This document shows, in pieces, positions 27,054-37,444 of a DNA stretch of 64,000 nucleotides. Below the pieces are notes generated by a model. That model saw nothing but the letters and a program-made list of their open reading frames with translations. It was not told the origin of the DNA and made no database searches. Source of the DNA: Candidatus Micrarchaeota archaeon (GTDB lineage: Archaea > Micrarchaeota > Micrarchaeia > Micrarchaeales > CABMGC01); assembly GCA_046536795.1 (NCBI GenBank), contig JAWDMB010000001.1:186900-250899 (forward strand), given 5' to 3'. The position numbers and the translations under genes were made by a program. Numbering within the stretch: the first letter of the stretch is position 1; each line of letters opens with the position of its first letter.

Positions 27054-28505
27054 ATGATGGTTCTTAAGTTATATAACACACTTGGGCGCAAAATACAGCC
27101 TTTTAGAAGCATAAAGAAAGGAAGCGTTGGAATGTATACATGCGGCCCTACAGTATACTGGTTTGCACATATAGGTAACATGCGCACATATGTACAAGAG
27201 GATATTTTGAAGAGGACACTGCTTCACAATGGTTATAAAGTAAAGCATGTTATGAATATAACAGATGTGGGCCATCTTGTTGGAGATTCAAACATAGGCG
27301 AGGATAAAATAAAACTAGAGGCGAGAAAGGAGCATAAGAGCGCATATGAGGTTGCAAGATTTTACGAAGAGGCTTTTGTAAGAGATATAAAGAGGCTCAA
27401 TATAATAATGCCAGATATTATGCCGAGGGCTACCGAGCACATAAATGAGATGCTTGCCCTTATAAAAAAGCTTGATGAGAAAGGCTACTTATACAAGGTT
27501 TCTACAGGCATTTACTATGATACCTCTAAGTTTAAAGATTATGGTAAGCTTACAGGCATGAGCTTTGAGGAACTTAACAAGTATCTTAAGGCCGGCGCAA
27601 GGGTTGAGAGAGCTGCAGGCATAAGGAATACAACAGACTTTGCGGTATGGCGCTTTGCAAAAGCTGATGAAAAGGAGATGGTATGGGATTCCGAATGGGG
27701 GCGCGGCTTTCCGGGCTGGCATATCGAGTGCAGTGCAATGAGTATGAAGTACCTCGGTGAGCATTTCGACATTCATTGCGGTGGCATAGATCATATACCA
27801 ATACACCACACAAACGAGATAGCCCAGTCAGAGGCAGCAACCGGCAAGAAGTTTGTAAATTATTGGTTGCATGTTTCTTTCCTAACAGTAAACAACATGA
27901 AGATGGCAAAGTCGCTCGGAAACATATACACAGTGCAAGATATAATAGACAAAGGTTATTCACCACTCTCGCTAAGATTTTTCCTGCTATCTAGCCACTA
28001 CAGAAGCCAGCAAAACTTCACTTTTGAAGCCCTTGAAAATGCAGATAAAACGCTCAAGAGCATTTATAATTTCATAAGGGAGATGAATGCAGTAAAGGAA
28101 GAAAAGGAGTTTGATAAAGGTGTTGAAAAGGAGCTAGAGAAATTCCACACGCAGTTCTTCGAAGAGTTAAACAACGATTTGAACACGCCAAACGCGCTTA
28201 AAGAAATGCACGCACTTATAAGCTATGAAAACAAGAGGCTAAGCGAAGGAAAGGTTGGGGCAAGCGAAGCAAAGCGGGTCATAGAGATAATGCTTGATTT
28301 TGATACAATACTTGGTCTTGACCTCAAAAAGGAGCTAGAGGAGAAGAAGCTGCCAGATGAAGTGGAAAAGCTTATAGAAGAGCGAGAAAGAGCGAGAAAA
28401 GAAAAAGATTTTGATAAAGCAGACCGCATAAGAAAGGAGATAGAAGAAAAATACAATATAATAATAGAAGATACAAAGACGGGCGTTAAGTGGCATTATA
28501 AGTAG
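27054..28505 (+). CDS. cysS: Cysteinyl-tRNA synthetase
   Basis: YTCGPTVY..AHIGN, GFPGWHIECSAM, HHTNEIAQ, KMAKSLGN. Confidence 0.97.
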   Translation: MMVLKLYNTLGRKIQPFRSIKKGSVGMYTCGPTVYWFAHIGNMRTYVQEDILKRTLLHNGYKVKHVMNITDVGHLVGDSNIGEDKIKLEARKEHKSAYEVARFYEEAFVRDIKRLNIIMPDIMPRATEHINEMLALIKKLDEKGYLYKVSTGIYYDTSKFKDYGKLTGMSFEELNKYLKAGARVERAAGIRNTTDFAVWRFAKADEKEMVWDSEWGRGFPGWHIECSAMSMKYLGEHFDIHCGGIDHIPIHHTNEIAQSEAATGKKFVNYWLHVSFLTVNNMKMAKSLGNIYTVQDIIDKGYSPLSLRFFLLSSHYRSQQNFTFEALENADKTLKSIYNFIREMNAVKEEKEFDKGVEKELEKFHTQFFEELNNDLNTPNALKEMHALISYENKRLSEGKVGASEAKRVIEIMLDFDTILGLDLKKELEEKKLPDEVEKLIEERERARKEKDFDKADRIRKEIEEKYNIIIEDTKTGVKWHYK

Positions 28506-29009
28506 CTACTGGTCTGTCTTATCCTCATAAGTTGATGTGTTTGTATCTTGCTCTTCATTTGTAGAATCGCTTGGCTTGCTTTCTTCCTGAATATTATCAT
28601 TCTCTAACGCTTTCTTACCGCCTCTCTTTTTCTGCTTCTCTGTTTTGGCATTTGCAAAAAGTGTGTCAACATCCTCTATATTCTGCGAATCAATCCACGC
28701 TTTTATATAAGTAGCAATGTTCCTCAGCGGCTTTGAATATCTGTCTGTAAATGAATAAGCGTTGTTCTCATGCTTCAATATACCAACATTAACACCAAAG
28801 TCAAGATATCGCTTCCATGTAGCGAGCGGTAGTTCTTTACCGCAATCCTTAAGCCTAAGCTCGCCGTGCTTCTTCACTTCAATAAGTGCTTTAGCAAACC
28901 TATACGCCTTTGTCTCATTTTCAAAATATATTTTAGCAAGCTCCCTAACATTAGGGTTCTTTAGCTTTTCCTTTAATGGTGCGTCTTCAAATTCCCAATA
29001 TTTTATCAT
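28506..29009 (-). CDS. Hypothetical protein, possible winged-helix fold with acidic tail
   Basis: Clean ORF. LPLATWKRYLDFGVNVGILKHENNAYSFT resembles a recognition helix plus wing. Confidence 0.55.
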   Translation of the reverse strand: MIKYWEFEDAPLKEKLKNPNVRELAKIYFENETKAYRFAKALIEVKKHGELRLKDCGKELPLATWKRYLDFGVNVGILKHENNAYSFTDRYSKPLRNIATYIKAWIDSQNIEDVDTLFANAKTEKQKKRGGKKALENDNIQEESKPSDSTNEEQDTNTSTYEDKTDQ

Positions 29010-29195
29010 CTAAATCAATATTGTATGTGATATAAATTATAAAAATACTTTCGATTTTAAATTGACTTTGGGGTGTGGCGTAAGATGAATATACGCAATG
29101 AGCATTAACACAAGGAATTGGACATGCAAATTAGGAAAGTGTGCTAAATTATTAAAAATTAGCGGATAAATAGAAATAAAAGAAAAACTGATTCT

Positions 29196-30362
29196 ATGGA
29201 TAAGCTTAAGATCGCATTTTATACCGATACATACCTGCCCGCTGTCGATGGTGTGGTTACATCTATGCTTGGCTTTAAGAAAGAGCTTGAGAGGAGAGGG
29301 CATGATGTGTATATTTTTGCAAGTGGTGACGCTAAATCTAAAAAAATATATTCAAATAGCCATGTGTATATAGTCTCTGGAATAAGCTTCAAACCATATC
29401 CTCAATATAAGCTGGCCTTCTTCCCTTATCATACTGTATTGAAGCTACAAAAAGAGAAGATAGATATAATGCATGCCCAAACACCGTTCTTTATGGGTTT
29501 TACAGCTCTTACAATAGCGAGGGTGATGAAGCTACCTATAGTTGGTTCTTTTCACACATTTATAAACAATAGAAAGATTCTTGATGAGTATTATCCTAAA
29601 AACAGGCTTCTCAAAAAATTTACAAGCAGGTACTTATGGAAGTATACAAAATTCTTTTATAGAAAATGTGATGTTACAACAGCCCCTTCAAATACAGTAA
29701 AAGAAATATTGGAAAAAAACAAGATACCAAACGTCGTTGTTGTGCCTAACGGAGTTGATGTGACTAAATTCAACACTAAGGTAGATGGCGAAGCTATAAA
29801 GAAAAAACATAATCTTAAGGAACACGTTGTTCTTTATGTAGGAAGAATAAGTAAGGAAAAGAGAATAGAGACTATGCTTAAGGCTGCAAAGCTTCTCTCA
29901 AAAAAGAGAAGTGATATATCCTATCTTATTGTTGGGCATGGTCCTGCGATGGATCATTACAAAATGCTTGCGGTAAGGTTAGGCATTGCAGATAAAATAA
30001 AATTTGTTGGTTTTGTGCCTGATCAAGAGCTGCCAAGCTATTATGCTGCCTCTGATATGCTTTGCATGCCTTCTACATTTGAGACACAGGGGGTTGTAGC
30101 GATAGAAGCAATGGCCTGTGGCAAACCTGTTGTTGGCGCAAACTTTCTCGCATTAAAGGAGATAATTAAGAACGGTAAAACAGGAGAGAAATTCAAACCA
30201 AATGATTACCAAGCATGTGCAAGAAAAATAGAAAAGGTTTTAAATAATTCCGAAGCATATAAGAGAAATACTGTTGCTCTGGCAAAAGAGTTTTCTATAC
30301 CTAATGCAACAGATAAGTTATTGAATGTTTATAATAAACTGTTAGAAAAGGCGATTTACTGA
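29196..30362 (+). CDS. GT4 glycosyltransferase (diacylglycerol glucosyltransferase-like)
   Basis: FYTDTYLP.VDGV, YVGRISKEK, PSTFETQGVVAIEAMACG. Confidence 0.9.
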   Translation: MDKLKIAFYTDTYLPAVDGVVTSMLGFKKELERRGHDVYIFASGDAKSKKIYSNSHVYIVSGISFKPYPQYKLAFFPYHTVLKLQKEKIDIMHAQTPFFMGFTALTIARVMKLPIVGSFHTFINNRKILDEYYPKNRLLKKFTSRYLWKYTKFFYRKCDVTTAPSNTVKEILEKNKIPNVVVVPNGVDVTKFNTKVDGEAIKKKHNLKEHVVLYVGRISKEKRIETMLKAAKLLSKKRSDISYLIVGHGPAMDHYKMLAVRLGIADKIKFVGFVPDQELPSYYAASDMLCMPSTFETQGVVAIEAMACGKPVVGANFLALKEIIKNGKTGEKFKPNDYQACARKIEKVLNNSEAYKRNTVALAKEFSIPNATDKLLNVYNKLLEKAIY

Positions 30363-30394
30363 AAAGTGATGAAGTTAATTCCAGTAACGGAGAG

Positions 30395-31084
30395 GTGAAT
30401 AACCTGAACACAACCAAGCATGAAGATACAGCTCAGCCAAGCGTAGGCAGTGTTGAGAATGCAACGAACAGCGTCGAAAATGCAGTGAAAGAAGAACCAA
30501 AAGATCCTAGGGTAGAAGAGATTAAAAAGAATATAGAGGAGGAGAGGAAGAAGAGGTTTGGCATAATAGATGAGCTAAAGAAGCTTAGGAAGAAAGTCGG
30601 TTTTAAGAAGGCAGAGCAGTCTGCAATACTAAAGCTGCTTGAGAATAATAAGGAAGAAAAGAAGATAGGCTATCTGCTTAGGCTAAAGGAAAAGCTCGAG
30701 TTTAAGATATCTACAGAGGCTTCCACCCTTGAAGCAGAGAAGGAGCTGATAAGGCGAATAAATGAAGTGAATGAGGAGCTCGATAGAGCTATAAAGAACA
30801 AAAGGCTAAAAAGGCGCGCAGAGCTTTTGAGCTCAGATATAGAACAGCTTAACAAAGAAATAGAAGAGAAGGAAAAGCTCGTTAAGGAATCAGAGAAGAA
30901 GCTTGATGAGTTGTATGATAATTTAAGAACCCTCCTTGGCAAGAAGAAGCAAAGGCCTAAGGAAAGAAGAAATCCTCCTAAGCAGCAGGAGATCAGCTTG
31001 GCAGATGTTGCAATAATAAAAGATAAAACTAACAAGAACGGCAAGCCCAATACTGATGAGACCGAAGATATAGAAAGCAATTAA
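30395..31084 (+). CDS. Archaeal coiled-coil protein
   Basis: E/K-rich heptads; LEFKISTE..TLEAEKELI. Confidence 0.7.
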   Translation: MNNLNTTKHEDTAQPSVGSVENATNSVENAVKEEPKDPRVEEIKKNIEEERKKRFGIIDELKKLRKKVGFKKAEQSAILKLLENNKEEKKIGYLLRLKEKLEFKISTEASTLEAEKELIRRINEVNEELDRAIKNKRLKRRAELLSSDIEQLNKEIEEKEKLVKESEKKLDELYDNLRTLLGKKKQRPKERRNPPKQQEISLADVAIIKDKTNKNGKPNTDETEDIESN

Positions 31085-31094
31085 AGGTGTTTTT

Positions 31095-32405
31095 TTGAAG
31101 ATCAAATTTTTTGGTGCTGCGCGCGAGGTAGGGCGCAGCTGCATACTTGTAGAAAGCTCAAATACGAAGATCCTTCTTGATTGTGGTGTTAAGCTCGGTG
31201 AGAAGGAAGAATATCCTATAATAAAAGATGATGAATTAAATGATATTGATGCAATAATAGTAACACATGCACATCTTGACCACGTTGGTTACCTGCCACA
31301 CGTATTCTCAACTGGTTGGAAAGGTTTTGTATATGCTACTAAACCAACATTCGAGCTTTCTAATGTTCTTATAAGTGATTATCTAAGAATATCTAACCCA
31401 AGCAATATAACAAAGGATGGTTTAGCAAGAATGCAGAGAGGTTTTAAGCTTGTAGAATATCATAAAGAGTTTCCTATAAAAGATTTAAAGCTAAGATTTA
31501 TTCCAGCGGGCCATATTTTAGGAAGTGGGCTCGTAGAGATAAGTGGAGAAGGCAAAAAGCTTTTGTATACCGGCGATATAAACCTGAGGAAGACAAGGCT
31601 TCTTGATGCGGCGCATGTTGAGCACTTGCATGCTGATATCTTGCTAACAGAGAGCACATATGGTGGCGATAATGATATATTTCCATCGGAGAAAGAGCTA
31701 CTTAGTAGTATGTTAAAGAGCATAAAAGAAACGATACAGAAAGGCGGGAAGATAATAATACCAAGCTTCGCCGTTGGCAGAGCACAAGAGATCCTTTTCA
31801 TACTTGATGATTACATAAGATCCGGCCTTTTGCCGAAGGTGCCTATATATGTAGATGGTATGATCAACAAGGCAATGCGTATACATAGGCACAATGTAAT
31901 TTACTGCAGGGAAGAGCTTCAAAAAAGGATCTTGATGAGCGATGATGATCCTTTCAAAAGCAAAAATTTCCACATAATTGATACAAAAGGCAGCAGAAGC
32001 AGAGCGATACATGAGGATGAAGCAGGGATTATAGTTACAACTAGCGGTATGATGACGGGTGGGCCAGTACTAAAGTATGTAGAAAAGCTGGCAGGCAACG
32101 AGTTAAACAAGCTTATCCTTGTCGGATACCAAGCAGAGGGCACGCCAGGAAGAAAGCTTGCTGATGGTGCAAAGGAACTTGAGATAAATGGAAGAAAGGT
32201 AAACATTAAAATGGCTGTAGAGTTTTACCATCTTTCTGCTCATGCTGATAGGCCGCAGCTCCAAAAGCTTGTAAGCGATTTAGAAGGCTTAAAAAAGGTT
32301 TTCGTTATTCATGGCGAAGAGAATAAGAGCGAAGAGTTTGCCAGGTATCTTTCAAAAAGATATGAGGCACATGTTCCAAAGCTTGGTGAAGAATACATTG
32401 TATAA
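31095..32405 (+). CDS. MBL/beta-CASP ribonuclease without KH domains
   Basis: GAAREVGRS, THAHLDH, AGHILGS, YTGD, ESTYG, SAHAD, HGE. Confidence 0.92.
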   Translation: MKIKFFGAAREVGRSCILVESSNTKILLDCGVKLGEKEEYPIIKDDELNDIDAIIVTHAHLDHVGYLPHVFSTGWKGFVYATKPTFELSNVLISDYLRISNPSNITKDGLARMQRGFKLVEYHKEFPIKDLKLRFIPAGHILGSGLVEISGEGKKLLYTGDINLRKTRLLDAAHVEHLHADILLTESTYGGDNDIFPSEKELLSSMLKSIKETIQKGGKIIIPSFAVGRAQEILFILDDYIRSGLLPKVPIYVDGMINKAMRIHRHNVIYCREELQKRILMSDDDPFKSKNFHIIDTKGSRSRAIHEDEAGIIVTTSGMMTGGPVLKYVEKLAGNELNKLILVGYQAEGTPGRKLADGAKELEINGRKVNIKMAVEFYHLSAHADRPQLQKLVSDLEGLKKVFVIHGEENKSEEFARYLSKRYEAHVPKLGEEYIV

Positions 32406-32509
32406 TCACTTTGAGAGCAGCGAGATAAGTTTTTATATATTTGTCTTCATAATATCTTAAGCTCAGGCTTGTTTTCCCGCAAGCACTGCAGTTTTGCAGG
32501 AGGGATTTT

Positions 32510-33145
32510 ATGCTAGAAGATAAATTTGATCAGTTTTCAAAGTTCCTAGCTGAGGAGAAGGGTAAAAGAAAGTTTAAGCAGAGCGTTGAGCTTGCAATAA
32601 ATTTTAAAGGTATAGATTTCTCAAAGCAGGATAATAGGCTAAACATGGAAATAATATTGCCCTACAGCAAGGGCAAGGTCGGAAAAGCAGCAATCTTTGC
32701 AACCGATAGAAACCTTATCTCAAAGGCTCAGCAGCTGGGTGTTGAGGTAATAGATGGAACAAAGATAGATTCAATAGCAAATGATAAGGAAAAGCTTAAC
32801 TCTTTACTTAACTATGAACTTCTTGCTCAGCCAAACCTTATGCCTGAGATTGCTAAGAAGCTTGGCCAGTTCTTGGGGCCTAGAAATAAAATGCCGAAAC
32901 CTTTATTTGATCCAAACGACCTTGAAAAGTTTGTTTCAAACATATCAAAAAGGATAGTCATAAAAAGCAAAGGTAGGTTCCTGCCTACTGTTCACACAGT
33001 TGTGGGTAGCGAAGATATGAAGCCTGAAGAGATATTTGAAAACATAAAAGAGGTAATAAATAATATTGCAAAGAAGGTTGGGCAAACGCACATTAAATCA
33101 ATATTTGTCAAGTTAAGCATGAGCAAGCCTCTAAAGCTGTTGTAG
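32510..33145 (+). CDS. rpl1: Ribosomal protein uL1
   Basis: KRKFKQSVELAIN, LGPRNKMPKP, VKLSM. Confidence 0.95.
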   Translation: MLEDKFDQFSKFLAEEKGKRKFKQSVELAINFKGIDFSKQDNRLNMEIILPYSKGKVGKAAIFATDRNLISKAQQLGVEVIDGTKIDSIANDKEKLNSLLNYELLAQPNLMPEIAKKLGQFLGPRNKMPKPLFDPNDLEKFVSNISKRIVIKSKGRFLPTVHTVVGSEDMKPEEIFENIKEVINNIAKKVGQTHIKSIFVKLSMSKPLKLL

Positions 33146-33153
33146 TGATCTTT

Positions 33154-33993
33154 ATGCCTATGCTAAAAAAAGATAAGATAGAACTTGTAAACAAGCTAAG
33201 AGAAGAGGTTAAAAATTACAAGACAGTAGGGGTTATGCCTATAAATGCAATACCAGATAGACTATTGCAAAAAGTGAGGAATTCTTTAAGAAATGATACA
33301 AAAATTGTTTTTGCAAGAAAGAACCTTCTAATTAAAACACTTGAATCTGATCCAAATCTTTCAAAGCTTTCTCAGTTTATCGACAAGAACAGTGTGCTTG
33401 TCTTGTCTAATAAAGATCCTATAGAGCTTTATAACGTGCTGAAGTCAAACAAGTTAAAACTTGCCGCAAAGCCAAACCAGATTGCACCAAGCGACATATT
33501 GATAGAAGCGGGTGAGACAAGTATACCTCCAGGTCAAGGGGTAACAGATCTTAAGGCGGCAGGCATAGATGTGCAGATACAAAAAGGTAAGGTGGTAATA
33601 GCAAAGAGCAAAGTCCTTGTGCCAAAGGGCGGGAAGATAACCCTCGCAGTTTCAAAGGCACTAAGAATGCTCGATATATATCCATTTGAAGTTGCACCAG
33701 AGCTTGCGGGGGCCGTTTCCAATAATATATTATTTACAAAAGAGGTATTCAGCATAACAAAGGAAAGCGTAACAAATGATATAGCTGTTGCATTTATGAG
33801 GGCGTATAACCTAACTATAGAAGCGGGCTATGTAACCGAATACAACGTAGAAGCATTGATAAGAAAGGCGTATCTTTCAGCATTTGGCTTGGGCTTAGCC
33901 GCAAACATATACGAGCCTGAAATAGTAGAGAAGCTTCTTGCAAAAGCGGTTGCAGAAGCTCTAAATATCAAGTTGAGTGCTAATATTGAATAA
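33154..33993 (+). CDS. rpl10: Ribosomal protein uL10 (P0)
   Basis: AKPNQIAPSDI.I.AG.T...PG; L1-L10-L12 gene order. Confidence 0.93.
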   Translation: MPMLKKDKIELVNKLREEVKNYKTVGVMPINAIPDRLLQKVRNSLRNDTKIVFARKNLLIKTLESDPNLSKLSQFIDKNSVLVLSNKDPIELYNVLKSNKLKLAAKPNQIAPSDILIEAGETSIPPGQGVTDLKAAGIDVQIQKGKVVIAKSKVLVPKGGKITLAVSKALRMLDIYPFEVAPELAGAVSNNILFTKEVFSITKESVTNDIAVAFMRAYNLTIEAGYVTEYNVEALIRKAYLSAFGLGLAANIYEPEIVEKLLAKAVAEALNIKLSANIE

Positions 33994-34014
33994 TATTTTA
34001 TGGGGTGAAAAGAG

Positions 34015-34314
34015 ATGGAATATATATATGCTGCACTTTTGCTTGACGCAGCTGGAAAAGAGATAAACGAAAAAGATCTCATGAAGATAGTTGAAGCCGC
34101 AGGGTTTCAGCCAGACGAAGCAAAAGCAAAGGCTGTGGTAGCGTCACTAAAAGGCATAAATATAAAGGAAGTGATTAAGAACGTACAGAATATACAGACA
34201 ACGCAAGCTGCAGCTCCTCAGCAGGAAGCAAAGAAGGAGGAAAAGAAAGAAGAGAAAGAGGAAAAGAAGAGTGAAGAAGAAGCAGCTGGTGGTCTGGCTA
34301 GCCTGTTTGGCTAA
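34015..34314 (+). CDS. rpl12: Ribosomal stalk protein P1 (aL12)
   Basis: [10 protein letters not shown]...[13 protein letters not shown]. Confidence 0.97.
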   Translation: MEYIYAALLLDAAGKEINEKDLMKIVEAAGFQPDEAKAKAVVASLKGINIKEVIKNVQNIQTTQAAAPQQEAKKEEKKEEKEEKKSEEEAAGGLASLFG

Positions 34315-34330
34315 CCACAATTAAACCTGT

Positions 34331-34354
34331 GGGAGATCGCATATGCAATCTCCC
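34331..34354 (+). terminator. Stem-loop after rpl12 (possible terminator or stability hairpin)
   Basis: GGGAGAT-CGCATATGCA-ATCTCCC followed by a pyrimidine-rich tract. Confidence 0.4.
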
Positions 34355-34496
34355 CTAACTTCCTTTGTTTAAAGAGACGCTTTGATTTTGTAGAAGCTTA
34401 TATTTTCGTGCAAAGCCTGGTTGTAGAGAATGTAAATGTTTTTGACAGATAGTTTTTATATTTAAATGGTTTGTAAAACTTGGTTATGGTGGTTTT

Positions 34497-34853
34497 GTGA
34501 AGGTTTGGGTTGATAAAACAAAGTGCACCGGATGTGCGCACTGTCATGATGTATGCCCTGTGGCTGTTTACGAGATGAAAGATAGAAATGCAAGCGATGT
34601 GAATAGTGATCCAGCACCACCAGAACAGCAGTGGAAAGGGAAAACAAACGAGGAGGTATACAATAAATGGAAAGATGTTCAGGATGGACATCGCCACTTT
34701 GCAGAGAAGTATGAAAATGGAAGTGGTGGTATTTCTGTTGCGGTTAATGGCGATGCATGCATACTCTGCCAAGCTTGCCTAATAGAATGTGAAGGAGAAT
34801 GTATAACAATAATAGATGATTCGGGCGCAGAGTATCATTCAATCTATAAGTAA
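34497..34853 (+). CDS. Dicluster ferredoxin with long insertion
   Basis: CTGCAHCHDVCP and CILCQACLIEC motifs. Confidence 0.88.
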   Translation: MKVWVDKTKCTGCAHCHDVCPVAVYEMKDRNASDVNSDPAPPEQQWKGKTNEEVYNKWKDVQDGHRHFAEKYENGSGGISVAVNGDACILCQACLIECEGECITIIDDSGAEYHSIYK

Positions 34854-34883
34854 AAAGGATCGATTTACTTTTTCTATTTTTCA

Positions 34884-35582
34884 TTACTTTTTCTGCACCA
34901 AATTCTTGTTTTGCTCAAATCCATTTATGAATATATCTGATGATAGTTTAAATCTGGAAATGCTGTGCAATATCACGTTGCCCTTTCCCTCAAATTTTGC
35001 AAGAAAGAGACCTACACCTCCAAACAAGGCTGTTCTTATATTATCAACAAACTTTATCCTATAATTAAGTGTAGCCGAAAAACCAGCTATGTGTCCAGGA
35101 TCAACTTCGAGTGCCTTTGTTCCATCAAGCTCATATTCTATAATATCACCTACAGTGTGTATAAAAACAACTCCTGGTCCTTCAAATTTCTGAAGTATAA
35201 GACCCGCACCGCCAAAGAACGCGGCACCCAAACTTACTGTCTGTATAGTAAACTTTACAGAATCTTCTGCGGCGAGAAAGGCGTAATGCTCTGCAACAAA
35301 AGATTCGCCTTCTCCTAGCTCTATCGCTTTTATTTTGCCTGGCATTATGCCAGACATCGAAACAACCCCCGGCGTATCTTTCGGAGAAAACTCTGTGAGC
35401 ATAGCTGTTGCACCAGTTATTTTTCTCTCTATAGCGCCCACCAGGCCACCAACAAGCCTTGGCACCATAACCACATTTTCGCTTTTGCTTACAAGCTTTC
35501 CAGAATCGCCATAAATCTTCTCTCCTTCCTCAAGCTCTATATCTAAGCTTTGCATCGAGTTGCCTACTATACTATACTTCAT
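34884..35582 (-). CDS. AIM24 (DUF124) family protein
   Basis: Y.I.G..MQ.L.I.L..GE, PGKI..I.L, FFGG.G..LQK..G.G, VDPGH. Confidence 0.85.
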   Translation of the reverse strand: MKYSIVGNSMQSLDIELEEGEKIYGDSGKLVSKSENVVMVPRLVGGLVGAIERKITGATAMLTEFSPKDTPGVVSMSGIMPGKIKAIELGEGESFVAEHYAFLAAEDSVKFTIQTVSLGAAFFGGAGLILQKFEGPGVVFIHTVGDIIEYELDGTKALEVDPGHIAGFSATLNYRIKFVDNIRTALFGGVGLFLAKFEGKGNVILHSISRFKLSSDIFINGFEQNKNLVQKK

Positions 35583-37444
35583 TTATCCACCTTCAATAAA
35601 GTATCAACAATATTGTTTAGCTCTTCACCGTCTACATTAAGTCTGTACCTTGACATTATATTACTTACAATTAAGCCCTTTTGTTTAGTTCCTTTCTCAA
35701 TTTCATTTCTTACAAGTTCTACAAGTTTGTCTCCCGAAATGCGAATGAGTTTTTGCTCCTCTATTATTTTGTCTACATCAGCGCAACTTTTAGGAATAGC
35801 ACTTATTATTGGTTCAAAAGCTTGCTTTGTTATTATCCTGTCATTATACCTTTTAAAAATACACACAAGCGTATCGTTGCTAACTTTTTCAACTTCTTTG
35901 CCAAGCCTCTTGAGCTCCTTCATTTTTTGGAGAAGCGTAATGGCTATTAGCTGGTAATCATCTTTTATTTTTTCTGCTATGTAAAAATAATCTTGAAGTT
36001 TTGGTGACCTAATAAGCTCCTCAACTATCTGTTTATTACCAATCTCATTCATAAGTCTGCTCTCTATCTTTTCTATGCTTGGCACATTCTTTTTTATTTC
36101 TTCGTAGTGCTTGTGATCTACTAGTATGGGCCTTTCATCTGTCTCTGGATACATCCTCGCCCCTCCAGGAAGTGGTCTTAAGAATTTGGTTGTATTCTTT
36201 TTTGAGTCTATACCTCTTGTTTCTGGCGGCACGCCTTTTATTGCATGCTCTGCCCTATAGCGCGCAAGTGAGATTGCTTTTTCAGCCTTCTCCTTCTCTC
36301 CTGCGATGATGATAAAAGCATCATTTTCTTTAATCCCTAGCTTGTTACAAAGATTATTTATCTCTTCCTCGGAAATACCATAGCCATTTAAGTCCTCATC
36401 GCTGTGTATTATACCCCCTACTCCAGCAATCTTTGCATAATCGCTTATCTCACTACCTAATCTTCTATCAGGATTTATCTCCATACCTATTAAACCTTTG
36501 AATCCACTAAGCTTCGCGGCAAGCACAATTCCATTTTTCTCTATAGCACTCTTTATTATTTTTGTATTAGTTTTTGAGAAAATATCTGTGACATCAATCG
36601 CCTCCCCTACCTCTGCTTTTCTCTCTTTAAGTTTTTTGCTAATTTCAATAAGCTTCTGCTGTCTTTCTATCTCGTTATCTATAATTTCATCCATTACTTC
36701 GAGTTCTTGGAAGCCTTTAATTTCTATCCTTGCACCTCCCTTTATCGATACATTGACGTCTTGCCTTATGGTGCCTATTCCTCTTTGGACCTTTCCCGTT
36801 AACCTTAGAAGTGTTCCTATACGCATCGCTACTTCTTTGGCTTCGTCCGGGCTCCTAATTTCAGGACCTGTATCTATCTCAATTAGCGGTATACCAAGCC
36901 TGTTTACATTATAAATAACAACTTCGCTGTCAGAGCTCTCTATCCCGCACGACTCTTCCTCTAAAAATATAGAAGGTATACTTATCTTCCTTTCATTAAG
37001 CTCAAGAAAACCATCATAGCCTATAAGCATTGTCCTTTGGAATGCGCTTGGGTCGCTGCCATCAACAACCTCTTTTCTCATAACCTCTATTTCATCAGGC
37101 AAGCTGGCGTTGAATGTTGCCGCTATAAGGTATGCAATCTCTAGCGCTTCTTTGTTTACTTCATGTGGTGGCTCTTCATCTATTTCCACAAGACATGAAG
37201 TATCTTTGTATGTGTTATATATAAAGTGCCTACCCTTCATGCTTTCAAATCCTGTTGCCTTGTCTATCTCGCCAAGTTCACCAACAACCGCTCTTTGTGT
37301 TCTTTCTATTTTTATTGGTAACCTCTCACCCTCTTTATCTGCGCTGCAGGAGCAGAAAAGCTTCTCGCTTGTAAGGAGTCTTTGGTGTATCTCCAAGCCG
37401 CATTTGAACCCTATTTTCTGATAATAATCTTTTTCTTGCTTCAT
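35579..37444 (-). CDS. gatE: Glu-tRNA(Gln) amidotransferase subunit E
   Basis: GLEIHQ, DEEPPH, VDGSD.SAFQRT, GTIRQDVNVSI, RPLPG.ARMYPETD. Confidence 0.96.
   Translation of the reverse strand: MKQEKDYYQKIGFKCGLEIHQRLLTSEKLFCSCSADKEGERLPIKIERTQRAVVGELGEIDKATGFESMKGRHFIYNTYKDTSCLVEIDEEPPHEVNKEALEIAYLIAATFNASLPDEIEVMRKEVVDGSDPSAFQRTMLIGYDGFLELNERKISIPSIFLEEESCGIESSDSEVVIYNVNRLGIPLIEIDTGPEIRSPDEAKEVAMRIGTLLRLTGKVQRGIGTIRQDVNVSIKGGARIEIKGFQELEVMDEIIDNEIERQQKLIEISKKLKERKAEVGEAIDVTDIFSKTNTKIIKSAIEKNGIVLAAKLSGFKGLIGMEINPDRRLGSEISDYAKIAGVGGIIHSDEDLNGYGISEEEINNLCNKLGIKENDAFIIIAGEKEKAEKAISLARYRAEHAIKGVPPETRGIDSKKNTTKFLRPLPGGARMYPETDERPILVDHKHYEEIKKNVPSIEKIESRLMNEIGNKQIVEELIRSPKLQDYFYIAEKIKDDYQLIAITLLQKMKELKRLGKEVEKVSNDTLVCIFKRYNDRIITKQAFEPIISAIPKSCADVDKIIEEQKLIRISGDKLVELVRNEIEKGTKQKGLIVSNIMSRYRLNVDGEELNNIVDTLLKVDK

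Noticed and set aside
32455-32509. Possible uL1 autoregulatory leader
   Set aside because: Small hairpins are present, but I could not find the L1-binding consensus.
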